Source of the DNA: Gaiellales bacterium
GTDB lineage: Bacteria; Actinomycetota; Thermoleophilia; Gaiellales; F1-60-MAGs149
Direction: 5' to 3'
NCBI GenBank assembly: GCA_044369995.1
Contig: JBILWG010000003.1
Location: 1 to 42,729, forward strand
Length of the DNA stretch: 42,729 nucleotides
A program made the translations under genes and the position numbers. Positions 17,530 through 26,805 of this stretch are shown piece after piece. Each line of letters begins with the position of its first letter. The first letter of the stretch is position 1. The notes beneath the pieces are model-generated. The model was given only the letters and a program-made list of their open reading frames with translations, was not told the DNA's origin and made no database searches.

Positions 17530-19457
17530 TAGCCGGCCGCTCCGGAGTAGCGCCCGACCACGATGGTCACGGACGAGCCCTGCGGCTTCTGCGAGCTGCC
17601 GGCCGGGTTCTGCGAGATGACAATGCCGTCCTGGGCCGGATCGCTCGTCGACTGCTCCGTCACGTTGGGCGTGAAGCCGGCGTTGGTCAGCGCCGCCTCG
17701 GCGTCGGCGCGCGTCTGGTTGATCACGCTCGGGACGGGACTGTTGGCCGGGCCCTTCGAGATGACGACGGAGACCGAGGAGCCGGCGGGCACGCTCGTGC
17801 CGGCCGCGGGATCCTGGCTGATCACCTGGCCGACCGGGGCCGCATCGTTGGCCTCGCTCTGCGCGCCGAGCACCAGTCCCGCCGCGATCAGCGTGTTCTG
17901 GGCGTTCGTGATGTCCAGCTTCGTGATGTTCGGAACGGTGCCCGCCTGCTTGCCGGACGAGATGGTCAGCGTCACCGTCGAGCCGGGCTTCACCTCGACC
18001 CCGGCCGAGGGCGCCTGCGTGATGACGTTGCCCTCGGCGACCGAGTCGGAGGCGTCCTCGACGACCGTCACGACCAGTCCAAGCGCCTCGAGCTGCGCCG
18101 TGGCATCACCGAGGGCCGCACCCTGCACGCTCGGGATGGCGACGACGTTCGGACCCGACGAGATCTGCAGCTCGATGGTGGTACCGGTCGGCACGGAGCC
18201 GCCCGCGTTCGGGCGCATCGCGATGACCTCGCCTTCCGGGACGTCGGCGGACGCCTGCTTCGTGATCAACGCGGCGAGCCCGATGGCCTCCAGGGCCGCG
18301 GTGGCATCGGCCTGTGTCTGGCCGACGAGGTTGGGGATCTCGACCAGGGCGCTGGTCGTCGCTGTGGTCGCGGAGGTCGCGCCGCCGCCGGAGTCGCCGC
18401 GGGTGAAGGCGAAGACGCCGGCCGCGATCGCGAGCAGGGCGACGCCGAGCACGATCAGCAGGATCCAGAGGCGCTTGCGATTGGGGTTCCCGCTGGGTCG
18501 TACCGGGGGCGGCGCGCTCTCGCGCGGCGGCAGCGGTGGCGCCACCATCGTCTCGGCGGGGCTGGGGTGGGCCATGGCCAGCGTCGCGGCGCCGATCACC
18601 GCGGTCTCGTCGCTGATCGGCAGTCCCTGGCGCACCCGATCCAGCTCGATGCCCATCTCGTCTGCGCTCTGGTAGCGCTGACGCGGATCCTTGGCCAGCG
18701 CACGCATGACGACCGCCTCGAGCGCGACGGGAACCAGCGGGTTCCGCTCGGTCAGCGGCTGCGGTGCCTCCTGAACGTGCCGCATGGCCACGTTGACCGC
18801 GGTGTCACCCTCGAACGGCACCCGTCCGGACAGCATCTCGTAGAGCACGATGCCGAGCGCGTACAGGTCGGCCGGCGGCCCGACGGTCAGGCCGCGGGCC
18901 TGCTCCGGGGCCAGGTACTGGGCGGTCCCGACGATGGAGCCGGCCTCGGTCATCTCGGTATCGCCGCCGGCGCTGGCGATGCCGAAGTCGGCGACCTTCA
19001 CCTTGCCGTCGGGCTGCATCAGGATGTTCTGCGGCTTGACGTCCCGGTGGACGACGCCCTGCTGATGCGCAATGCGGAGCGCGGCGAGGATCTGCAGGGC
19101 GATGGTGATCGCGCGGCGAGGATCGAGTGGCGACTCGCGACGGATCAGGTCCTTCAGCGTCTCGCCCTCGACGTACTCCTGCACGATGTACGACATGCCG
19201 CCCTGCGACTGGTCGTAGACCTGGACGATGTTCGGATGGTTGAGGCGCGCTGCGGCACGGGCCTCCCGCTGGAAGCGCTCGATGAAATGCGGGTCGTCAC
19301 TGTGGCGATCGGCCAGCACCTTGATCGCCACCTGCCGGTGCAGCGACTCATCCTGCGCGAGGAACACCCGTGCCATTCCACCCTGGCCCAGCCGGCGGAT
19401 GATGCGGTAGCGGCCGTCGAACAGCGCGCCGTCAGAGGTGTCCATAGGGGTCGTCAT
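17529..19457 (-). CDS. pknB: PASTA-domain Ser/Thr kinase PknB (four PASTA repeats)
   Basis: LGQGGMA, VAIK, HRDVKPQN, DFG and GTAQYLAPEQ motifs; one TM helix; four (I/V)P.(L/V/I)...A...L...G(L/F) repeats. Confidence 0.95.
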   Translation of the reverse strand: MTTPMDTSDGALFDGRYRIIRRLGQGGMARVFLAQDESLHRQVAIKVLADRHSDDPHFIERFQREARAAARLNHPNIVQVYDQSQGGMSYIVQEYVEGETLKDLIRRESPLDPRRAITIALQILAALRIAHQQGVVHRDVKPQNILMQPDGKVKVADFGIASAGGDTEMTEAGSIVGTAQYLAPEQARGLTVGPPADLYALGIVLYEMLSGRVPFEGDTAVNVAMRHVQEAPQPLTERNPLVPVALEAVVMRALAKDPRQRYQSADEMGIELDRVRQGLPISDETAVIGAATLAMAHPSPAETMVAPPLPPRESAPPPVRPSGNPNRKRLWILLIVLGVALLAIAAGVFAFTRGDSGGGATSATTATTSALVEIPNLVGQTQADATAALEAIGLAALITKQASADVPEGEVIAMRPNAGGSVPTGTTIELQISSGPNVVAIPSVQGAALGDATAQLEALGLVVTVVEDASDSVAEGNVITQAPSAGVEVKPGSTVTLTISSGKQAGTVPNITKLDITNAQNTLIAAGLVLGAQSEANDAAPVGQVISQDPAAGTSVPAGSSVSVVISKGPANSPVPSVINQTRADAEAALTNAGFTPNVTEQSTSDPAQDGIVISQNPAGSSQKPQGSSVTIVVGRYSGAAG

Positions 19458-19479
19458 GCGGGTTTCCGTGCGGATTGTC

Positions 19480-20922
19480 TCACGATGTCGACCCGATCAG
19501 CGCCCGTAGGACGCTGGCGGCGATCGGGGCGGCCACGTCACCACCCGTTCCCTCGGTGTCCTCGACCAGCACGGCGAACGCGTAGCGCGGTGCCTCGGCG
19601 GGTGCGAAGCCGATGAACCACGCGTCGTTGCGGCCCTCCCGGCCCGTCTCGGCGGTGCCGGTCTTGCCGGCCACATCGAGGCCGTCGACGGAGGCCGCCG
19701 CGCCCGTGCCGTCATCCACGACGTCTCGCATCAGCTGGCGCAGCTCGGCCGCCGTCTCGGTCGTCATGGCGCGACCGAGGTAGACGGGTTGGGGGCGACG
19801 GACAACCGCGCCGTCGGGAGCACGCACCTCCTGGACCGGCTGCGGTGCGACCAGCTGGCCGCCGTTGGCGACCGCGGCGGCGACCTCCGCCATCTGCAGC
19901 GGCGTCGCCAGCAGGCGCTCTTGGCCGATCGCCAGCCGCGCGGCATCAACGGGGGTGTCGAAGGGCACCAGATTGCCGCGCCGGTTGAAAATCCCGGATG
20001 GCAGCGTCTGCTCCGGGGGGTAGTCCCATGGGAAGCGCTTGAAGAACCCGAAGTCGCGCATGGTCTCCTCGAGCTGCTCCTGCCCGAGCTCAAGTCCGAC
20101 ACGCGCGAACGTCGTGTTGACCGAGTGCACCAGCGCGTAGCCGAAGTCGTGCTGGCCGTAGGCTCGCTTGCGGAAGTTGCACAGCTGCTGCCCGCCGGTC
20201 TCGATGCAGGCCGGCCCGGGAAACTCCTCGTCGACGGTGACGACCTCGTTGTCCAGCGCACTGGCCGCCGTCACCACCTTGAAGGTCGAGCCCGGGGGGT
20301 AGAGCCCCTGCGTGGCGCGGTTGAGAAGCGGCGAGTTGGGGGCCGTCAGGGCCTCGGCGAGGCCGGTGTTGGGGTTGTAGGTCGGCGTCGAGGCCATCAC
20401 CAGCAGGCCACCCGTGCTCGGATCCAGGACGACGACGCTGCCGCGGGCGCCGAGCCGCTCGAGCTCGTCCATCGCCGCCTCCTGGCCCGCGCTCGACAGG
20501 CGCAGGATGACGTCGTTGCCGCGCACCGTGTCGCCCTTCATCCGGTCGAAGGCGTTCTGGATGCCCGCGAGGTCGCTCGTGCTGCCCGTCAGGTCCGGGT
20601 CGAGCGAGCGCTCGAGCCCCGCGCGGCCCGCCAGCAGCGAGGAGTAGCCGACCAGCTGTGCGGCGAGGCCCCCTTCGGGGTAGACCCGCCGGTAGATCGT
20701 GCGTCCGTCGAGCCGTCCGGGTTTCGATTCCGCGAGCACGACGCCGTCCGCGGTGATCAGCGAGCCCCGATCGATCGCCAGATCGCGGTAGACGAGCCGG
20801 ACGTTGGCCTGGCGTGCCTCCAGCGACCCCCGCGCCCAGACCTGCCAGTACGTCGTCATTGCGATCAACGCGAGCAGCGCGACCGTCGTCACGATGAACA
20901 GGTTCGAGATGCGGCGGTTCAC
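19480..20922 (-). CDS. pbpA: Class B penicillin-binding protein PbpA
   Basis: SxxK (GSTFK), SxN (SVN) and KTG (GKTGTAE) motifs; N-terminal anchor; sits next to rodA. Confidence 0.93.
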   Translation of the reverse strand: MNRRISNLFIVTTVALLALIAMTTYWQVWARGSLEARQANVRLVYRDLAIDRGSLITADGVVLAESKPGRLDGRTIYRRVYPEGGLAAQLVGYSSLLAGRAGLERSLDPDLTGSTSDLAGIQNAFDRMKGDTVRGNDVILRLSSAGQEAAMDELERLGARGSVVVLDPSTGGLLVMASTPTYNPNTGLAEALTAPNSPLLNRATQGLYPPGSTFKVVTAASALDNEVVTVDEEFPGPACIETGGQQLCNFRKRAYGQHDFGYALVHSVNTTFARVGLELGQEQLEETMRDFGFFKRFPWDYPPEQTLPSGIFNRRGNLVPFDTPVDAARLAIGQERLLATPLQMAEVAAAVANGGQLVAPQPVQEVRAPDGAVVRRPQPVYLGRAMTTETAAELRQLMRDVVDDGTGAAASVDGLDVAGKTGTAETGREGRNDAWFIGFAPAEAPRYAFAVLVEDTEGTGGDVAAPIAASVLRALIGSTS

Positions 20923-22235
20923 CGAGGACGCTCCCGGTTGGCACGCTGTGAGATGCAGAGCAACAGGCCGGCGATGGCGAAGTTCGCCGTCACGCTGGAG
21001 CCGCCGTAGGAGACAAACGGAAGCGTGAGACCGGTCAGCGGCAGGAGCCGGATGACGCCACCGACGATCACGAAGACCTGGAACGCCACCGCCGTTGCGA
21101 GACCCGCTGCGAGCAGCTTCGAGAAGCCGTCATCGGCAGCCGTGGCGATCCGGAAGCCTCGCCACGCGAGCAGCAGGTAGAGCAGGACGACCGCGACGGC
21201 GCCGACCAGCCCGAGTTCGTTGGCGATCACGGAGAAGATGAAGTCCGTCTGCGCGTACGGGATGATCGTGCCGCCCTCGCCGTTGAGGATCAGGCCACGC
21301 CCGAAGCCCGCGCCGAGCACGCCGCCGTCGGCGATCGTGTAGATGGATTGCGTGATCTGGTAGCAGCACTGTGCCTGCTCGTCCTTCCACGGGTTCAGCC
21401 AGCCGTCGATGCGGTACTGCACCTGCGGCGCGACCTGCACCGCGGCGAGGGCGCCGAGTGCGAACAGGCCGAGGCCGGCGCCGACGTAGAGCAGGCGCCC
21501 CGTCGCGATGTAGATCATCGCGAGGGCGATCACGTAGAACAGGAGCGACGAGCCGAGATCGTTCATCGCGACCAGCAGCACCAGTGAGACGCCGCAGAGC
21601 AGCAGCAGCGGCAGCGCATGCCGCAGCGCGGGAATGCCGATACCGAGGAGGCGTCGCGTCGGCGCGGCCAGTACCTCGCGCCGCTCGCGCAGGTACCCGG
21701 CGAGGAAGACGACCAGCAGGATCTTGGCGAACTCGCCGGGCTGGATCTGGAGACCGCCAACGCGCAGCCATAGGCGCGCGCCGTTGACCTCAGCCCCGAG
21801 CGTGATCGTCAGGAGCAGCAGGATGACGGCGAGTGCGCCGCACGTGTACTTCAGCCCCTCCAGCCGGCGAATGTCGCGAAACGCGATCACGACGCCGACG
21901 AAGAGGGCGAGACCGAGCAGCATCCAGATGCCCTGGTCGCGCGCCAGCTGCGGCGAGATGCGGTAGATCTCGATCAAGCCGATCGCGGTCAGCACGGCCG
22001 TGAGCGGCAGCACGTACGGGTCGGCGTCGGGCAGCGCCACGCGCACGACAGCGTGTGCGACGAGGTAGGCGCCGGCGAACAGCAGTGCGGCGATCAGCGG
22101 GGCCGACGAGAACTCCTGCGCGCGCGCCAGCTGGACGGCGGCGAAGCCCGCCGTGGTGATCAGCACGGCCAGTGCGATCAGGCCGAGCTCGCGGTTGCGA
22201 TCCGGCAAGGTCAGCAGGTCGCGCGGCGTGCTCAT
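20919..22235 (-). CDS. rodA: SEDS peptidoglycan glycosyltransferase RodA/FtsW
   Basis: NGARLW, QPGEFAK, NDLG, TDFIFSVI.NELG and PLTGLTLPFVSYGGSS motifs. ATG 22235 overlaps the pstP stop. Confidence 0.93.
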   Translation of the reverse strand: MSTPRDLLTLPDRNRELGLIALAVLITTAGFAAVQLARAQEFSSAPLIAALLFAGAYLVAHAVVRVALPDADPYVLPLTAVLTAIGLIEIYRISPQLARDQGIWMLLGLALFVGVVIAFRDIRRLEGLKYTCGALAVILLLLTITLGAEVNGARLWLRVGGLQIQPGEFAKILLVVFLAGYLRERREVLAAPTRRLLGIGIPALRHALPLLLLCGVSLVLLVAMNDLGSSLLFYVIALAMIYIATGRLLYVGAGLGLFALGALAAVQVAPQVQYRIDGWLNPWKDEQAQCCYQITQSIYTIADGGVLGAGFGRGLILNGEGGTIIPYAQTDFIFSVIANELGLVGAVAVVLLYLLLAWRGFRIATAADDGFSKLLAAGLATAVAFQVFVIVGGVIRLLPLTGLTLPFVSYGGSSVTANFAIAGLLLCISQRANRERPR

Positions 22236-23389
22236 GGAGCGCTCGGCGGCGGACGGAGCCACGGCGAGGTGGTCGCCAGCTGGGTGACGCGCGCCTGCGC
22301 GCTGCTGAGCGAGCCGAGCCGGTGGTCGAGCAGGGTCGTGCGCTCCTCCGGCGAGAGCGCGGCCGTCTGCAGGTCGCTGATCTCCACGGCGCGGTAGAGC
22401 GAGAGGTCGCTGGTCACGTCGAACGGCAGCCCCTGGTAGATCGCCACGCGCCCATCGGACGTGGCACCGATGAAGTGCGTCCATTGCAGGCCGAGTGCCA
22501 CGAGCACGGCGACGACGATGCCCAGTGCCGCGACGCCGGCGACGATGCCCAGCAGGCGACCCCGTCCCCGCGGTGCCGCGGCAGCCGCCTGATCGGCGAG
22601 CGAGGCGCGTGGCGCATCGCCGTCGAGTGCCGAGGCCGGCAGGATGACAATCGGCGGGCGGTCCGGCTCGGTGTCCTCCTCGCGCCGCGAGCCGATGCGC
22701 AGCAGCACGCAGGTGATGTTGTCCTCACCTCCGGCGCGGTTGGCGGCCATCACCAGCGCCTGCGCCAGCTGGCCGAGCTCGCCCCCGCCACGCAGCAGAC
22801 GCTCGAGCTCGGCGTCACCGACCATGCCGGTCAGCCCGTCGGAGCACAGCAGGATCAGATCGTTCGACTCCAGGGGGACGCGCAGGACGTCGATGTCGAC
22901 GCCGGCATCGGCGCCGAGGGCGCGGGTGATGACCGAGCGCTGCGGGTGTCGCTCCGCCTCCTCGGGTGTCAGCGCACCGCGGCGGATCAGCTCGCCGACG
23001 AGCGAGTGGTCGTCCGTCAGCTGTCGCAGTCGGCCGGCGCGCAGCACGTACGCCCGCGAGTCGCCGACGTGCGCCAGCACGAGTGCATCGCCGTCCACCA
23101 TCGCCGCGGTGATGGTGGTGCCCATGCCGAGCAGCGAGGCGTCGCTCTGGGCGGCCGTGTGGATGCGGAGATTGACCTCCTCGATCGTCTGGGCGAGCGC
23201 CTGCTCGCCGCCCTCGAAGCCGTGCAGCGCGGCGACCGCCATGGCGCTGGCGACCTCGCCCGCGCGCGCACCGCCCATGCCGTCGGCGACGGCGAAGACG
23301 GGATCCGACAGGAGCAGCGCGTCCTCGTTCGACTGACGCAGGCGGCCGACGTCGCTGCACGCCCCCGTCTCGCGGATCACGAGCTTCAT
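22232..23389 (-). CDS. pstP: PP2C-family Ser/Thr phosphatase PstP
   Basis: SDVGRLR..NED, VADGMGG, GMGTT, HVGDSRAY, LCSDGL and GG.DNIT motifs; TM helix and short extracellular domain. Confidence 0.94.
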   Translation of the reverse strand: MKLVIRETGACSDVGRLRQSNEDALLLSDPVFAVADGMGGARAGEVASAMAVAALHGFEGGEQALAQTIEEVNLRIHTAAQSDASLLGMGTTITAAMVDGDALVLAHVGDSRAYVLRAGRLRQLTDDHSLVGELIRRGALTPEEAERHPQRSVITRALGADAGVDIDVLRVPLESNDLILLCSDGLTGMVGDAELERLLRGGGELGQLAQALVMAANRAGGEDNITCVLLRIGSRREEDTEPDRPPIVILPASALDGDAPRASLADQAAAAAPRGRGRLLGIVAGVAALGIVVAVLVALGLQWTHFIGATSDGRVAIYQGLPFDVTSDLSLYRAVEISDLQTAALSPEERTTLLDHRLGSLSSAQARVTQLATTSPWLRPPPSAP

Positions 23390-23390
23390 C

Positions 23391-23888
23391 TCAGACGCCC
23401 GGCTCGAACAGCATGTGGGTGGAGCCGACGGCGACCTCGTCGCCGGGCGACAGACGCGTCTCCATCGCGATCCGCTCGCCGTTGACGAAGGTGCCGTTGG
23501 TCGAGCCCAGATCGACGACCGAGGTCGCGGTGCCCCGCACGCGGACGATCGCATGGCGCGCGGACACGAAGCCGTCGCCCTCCAGCATGGCGGCCGCGTG
23601 TGGATCGCGGCCGATCAGCACCTCCGCCTCCTCCAGCACGATTGCGGCGCCGACCGGCAGGACGTCGCTCGCGACGACGAGCAGACGACCCGGCGGCGTC
23701 GGCTCGGCCTGCGGCTCCGCGACCGTCGGCGCCTCGCCGAACGGGTCGAAGCCCTGGCCGGGGCGGATGATCATGCTCTCCTGCGCACCCCGGACATCGC
23801 GGATTGCGGTGCGGGCGATACGCCAGACGAACAGATAGAGCAGGACCAGGACACCGATCCGCAGAACGAGGAGGGCCTGGTCGACCAC
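23391..23888 (-). CDS. fhaB: FHA domain protein FhaB/FipA
   Basis: N-terminal TM (LRIGVLVLLYLFVW); FHA motifs IGR, VSARHA and DLGSTNGTFVNG. Confidence 0.9.
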   Translation of the reverse strand: MVDQALLVLRIGVLVLLYLFVWRIARTAIRDVRGAQESMIIRPGQGFDPFGEAPTVAEPQAEPTPPGRLLVVASDVLPVGAAIVLEEAEVLIGRDPHAAAMLEGDGFVSARHAIVRVRGTATSVVDLGSTNGTFVNGERIAMETRLSPGDEVAVGSTHMLFEPGV

Positions 23889-23891
23889 GGC

Positions 23892-24884
23892 TCAGCCGTG
23901 CCGTTGCTCGATCCGCAGCGTGCTCGTTCCGAGGGTGATCTCGTCGCCTTCGCCGACCGTCGCGCTCTTGACGCGACGCCCGTTGACCATCGTGCCGTTG
24001 GTCGAGTCGAGGTCGCGCAGCATGAAGCCATCGGCGCTGCGACCGATCTCGGCATGCCGACGGGAGACGTTGCCGTCTGCGAGGGGGACGTCGCAGTCCT
24101 TGCTGCGGCCGATCACGAGTGCGGTGTCGCCGAACGCCACCGTGCCGCCCGGCCAGACCAAGACCCACTGCACCACTGGGGCCGGCGGGGGCGGCGGGGG
24201 CGGCGGGGGCGGGACGGCAGCGGGTGCCGGATCGGGCACGGCCACGATCGCCGGAGCAGGCTCCTCCTCGGCGGCGAACGGATCGACGGTCACCGGCGCC
24301 ACCGGGGCCACAGGCACGACCGGTTCGACGGGCGCAACGGGCGGAGCCGTCGGCGGTGCGGGGGGCGGAGTGGCGACAGGCGGAGTGGCGACAGGCGGCA
24401 CAGCCGGCGCGGCAGCGGCAGCGGCAGCGGCGGCGGGTGCCGCCGGGGCGCCGCCACCGAACTCCTCCGGCAGGCGCACGCCCGGTGGCGGCGCATCCGC
24501 GGCCATCGGCGGCGGTGTCTCCTCCATCTCGGCGGCGATGCCGAACGTGCCGACATCCAGCTCGTCGGCGGTCTCGATCATCACCCGCGCTCGATTCGGC
24601 AGCGAGTAGCCCTCGCGTCGCGCGTGCTCGGTCAGATAGCCGGCCAGCTCGGTGCGGAGGCGCGCCTCGTAGGCGACGAACTGCTCGCGATCCTCCGGCG
24701 CGAGATAGACCGTGTAGGCGTTGGGGACGTAGACGGTCTGGACGGAGATGACCTTGTTGTCATCCATCTCCTTGGCCAGCTTGCGGGCCAGCTCGACGGG
24801 CTGGACGTTCGACTTGAAGGTCCGGCCGATGCCGCCCTCGAAGACGCCCTCCAGCTTGCTCTCGATCCGTCGCAGAAACCCCAT
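23892..24884 (-). CDS. fhaA: FhaA (DUF3662, Pro/Ala linker, FHA)
   Basis: FKSNVQPVELARKL.KEMD, VPNAY.V.L...D; C-terminal IGRS..D.NVSRRHA..DLDSTNGT. GAGGGAAG RBS. Confidence 0.92.
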   Translation of the reverse strand: MGFLRRIESKLEGVFEGGIGRTFKSNVQPVELARKLAKEMDDNKVISVQTVYVPNAYTVYLAPEDREQFVAYEARLRTELAGYLTEHARREGYSLPNRARVMIETADELDVGTFGIAAEMEETPPPMAADAPPPGVRLPEEFGGGAPAAPAAAAAAAAAPAVPPVATPPVATPPPAPPTAPPVAPVEPVVPVAPVAPVTVDPFAAEEEPAPAIVAVPDPAPAAVPPPPPPPPPPAPVVQWVLVWPGGTVAFGDTALVIGRSKDCDVPLADGNVSRRHAEIGRSADGFMLRDLDSTNGTMVNGRRVKSATVGEGDEITLGTSTLRIEQRHG

Positions 24885-24894
24885 TGCACTTCCC

Positions 24895-26724
24895 TCAGTT
24901 GCCGGTCGCGGGCGCTGCGGCAGCCGGTGCTGGCCGCCGCGAGCGGATGAAAATCACTATACCCGCCGCCCCTGCGCCCATCACCGTGACGGCCGGGGCA
25001 ACGAGGGTGCCGCCCAGCAGCACGCCGATCGAGAGGGTCGCCAGCGTGCCGACGCCGAGCCAGAGCGCCGCCGCCGTCAACAGGGCCCGCCCCTGCGCCG
25101 CCAGGATGGCCGGTGCCGTGACGGCCATCGCACCCCAGACCACGGCCAGCAGCAGCGGTCCGAAGCCGATCGCCGCCGCAACCATGCCGGCGGTGACGAT
25201 CACATCGTCCGAGGCGGTCACGCGGGTGCCGAGCGTCGCGAGCTCCGGCGAGGCCGTGAGCGGTGCGCCGAGGCCGGCGAGGCCGAGCACCAGCGTCATC
25301 GACAGTGCGCCCGCTGCGCCGAGCGCGGCACGGACCAGCGCGCGCGGTGAGCTGCCGGCGAGCAGGGGGTACAGGGCCCAGGCGAAGCAGAGCGTGGCGA
25401 GCGGTGCTGCCAGCGGCAGCAGCACGCGGCGACCATCGCGCGCCATCACCACGAGCCAGACGGCGAGCAGCAGCGCCGCCGCCGGCACCAGGCCGAAGGC
25501 GAGATTGCCGAGCAGCGGCAGCCCCGCGGCGAGCACCAGCGCACCCGCCAGCCACGGCAGCCGTAGCGCCACGACGGCCGCCAGCAGGCCGATCATCAGC
25601 GGCCACCCCGTCGGGTAGAACGGCAGCGCTCCCAGCAGCAGCGTGCCGCCGATGCCCGTCAGCGCCGCTGGCCAGAACGGCTGCAGCCGTGCCAGCAGCG
25701 CCCCGGCACGCGCCTCGGCCTCGGCCGAGCCGCCACGCCGCGCCGCCGGCGACGGGCGCTGGCCCAGCTCCTCGATCCGATCCGGCACGGGGCGCAACCA
25801 GCGCTTGCGCAGCTGAACGCGTGCATCGGGGCGCGGCACCTCGATCGAGGGATCCATGTCCTGCTGACCGCGCTCCATCGCGATCGCCCCGCGCAGCAGC
25901 GCGTCGCGCAGCTGCCCCGGCAGCGGACGACGCTGGTTGTCGCGGTCCAGCGCGCGGTCGATCATCTTCGTCGCGACGCTCGGCAGATCCGGGCGGTCCG
26001 TCTGCAGCGACAGGCGCAGCTTCTTGTGCTTCTCGGCCAGCTCGACCGGATTCTTCGAGCGATACGGATTGCGGCGCGTCAGGGCCTCGTAGGCGACGAG
26101 CGCCGCGGACCAGACGTCCGTGGATCCGGTGGTCATGTCCCCACGCACCTGCTCCGGCGACATGTACGACAGCGTGCCGAGCAGGCTCTCATCCACCGTC
26201 GCATCGGGATGGTCGATCTGGGCGATGCCGAAGTCCGTCAGCTTGAGGATGCCGTCCTCGCGCAGCAGGATGTTCCCGGGCTTGACGTCGCGGTGGATGA
26301 CGTTGCGCTCGTGCGCATGCTCGAGCGCGTCGCAGACGGCGGCCACGGCGCGCAGGATCTCCGACTCCTCGAGGCGCCGATCCTTCAGCACCTCGGCCAG
26401 GTCGTGGCCGCGGACCAGCTCGAACGCCACGTAGATGTAGTCGTCGTCCTCCGCCTTGTCGAGCAGCTTCACGATCGCACCGTGGTCGAGCGACCCGGCC
26501 GCCTGCATCTCGCGGCGTGCGCGCTTGCGCAGCTTCTCCTGGGCGGGGATCGCCTTCAGTGCGACGAGGTCACCCGTACGGAGATCCTCGGCCTCGAATA
26601 CGGTCGCGCTGCCGCCGACGCCGATCGTCTCGATGATCCGAAAGCGATCCGCGACGATGCCCTCGGGGTACAGCGGCGGGACGCTGCGCGCGCGGTCCGA
26701 GCTCCTCAGCGGGTGGACCGTCAC
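24895..26724 (-). CDS. Ser/Thr protein kinase with multi-pass membrane C-terminal domain
   Basis: IGVGGSATV, VALK, HRDVKPGN, DFG and YMSPEQ motifs, followed by about 8-9 hydrophobic helices. Confidence 0.88.
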   Translation of the reverse strand: MTVHPLRSSDRARSVPPLYPEGIVADRFRIIETIGVGGSATVFEAEDLRTGDLVALKAIPAQEKLRKRARREMQAAGSLDHGAIVKLLDKAEDDDYIYVAFELVRGHDLAEVLKDRRLEESEILRAVAAVCDALEHAHERNVIHRDVKPGNILLREDGILKLTDFGIAQIDHPDATVDESLLGTLSYMSPEQVRGDMTTGSTDVWSAALVAYEALTRRNPYRSKNPVELAEKHKKLRLSLQTDRPDLPSVATKMIDRALDRDNQRRPLPGQLRDALLRGAIAMERGQQDMDPSIEVPRPDARVQLRKRWLRPVPDRIEELGQRPSPAARRGGSAEAEARAGALLARLQPFWPAALTGIGGTLLLGALPFYPTGWPLMIGLLAAVVALRLPWLAGALVLAAGLPLLGNLAFGLVPAAALLLAVWLVVMARDGRRVLLPLAAPLATLCFAWALYPLLAGSSPRALVRAALGAAGALSMTLVLGLAGLGAPLTASPELATLGTRVTASDDVIVTAGMVAAAIGFGPLLLAVVWGAMAVTAPAILAAQGRALLTAAALWLGVGTLATLSIGVLLGGTLVAPAVTVMGAGAAGIVIFIRSRRPAPAAAAPATGN

Positions 26725-26805
26725 CGGCCCTGTCCGGCGTTCTCGGCAGGAACGGGTGATAATGTGGCGAAACGCAGAGGCTGCACGGCTCTTCGTACGA
26801 CACCT

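Noticed and set aside
24180-24500. Short tandem repeats in fhaA (ggcggagtggcgaca x2, gcggca runs)
   Set aside because: They encode the ordinary Pro/Ala low-complexity linker; no spacer structure, so not CRISPR.
26026-26805. N-terminal extensions given by the ORF track (e.g. starts 26026, 28876, 14947, 22484, 23554, 34823, 39072, 41975)
   Set aside because: They overlap neighbouring real genes; the shorter starts are supported by -10 spacing, RBS, stop/start overlaps or domain boundaries.
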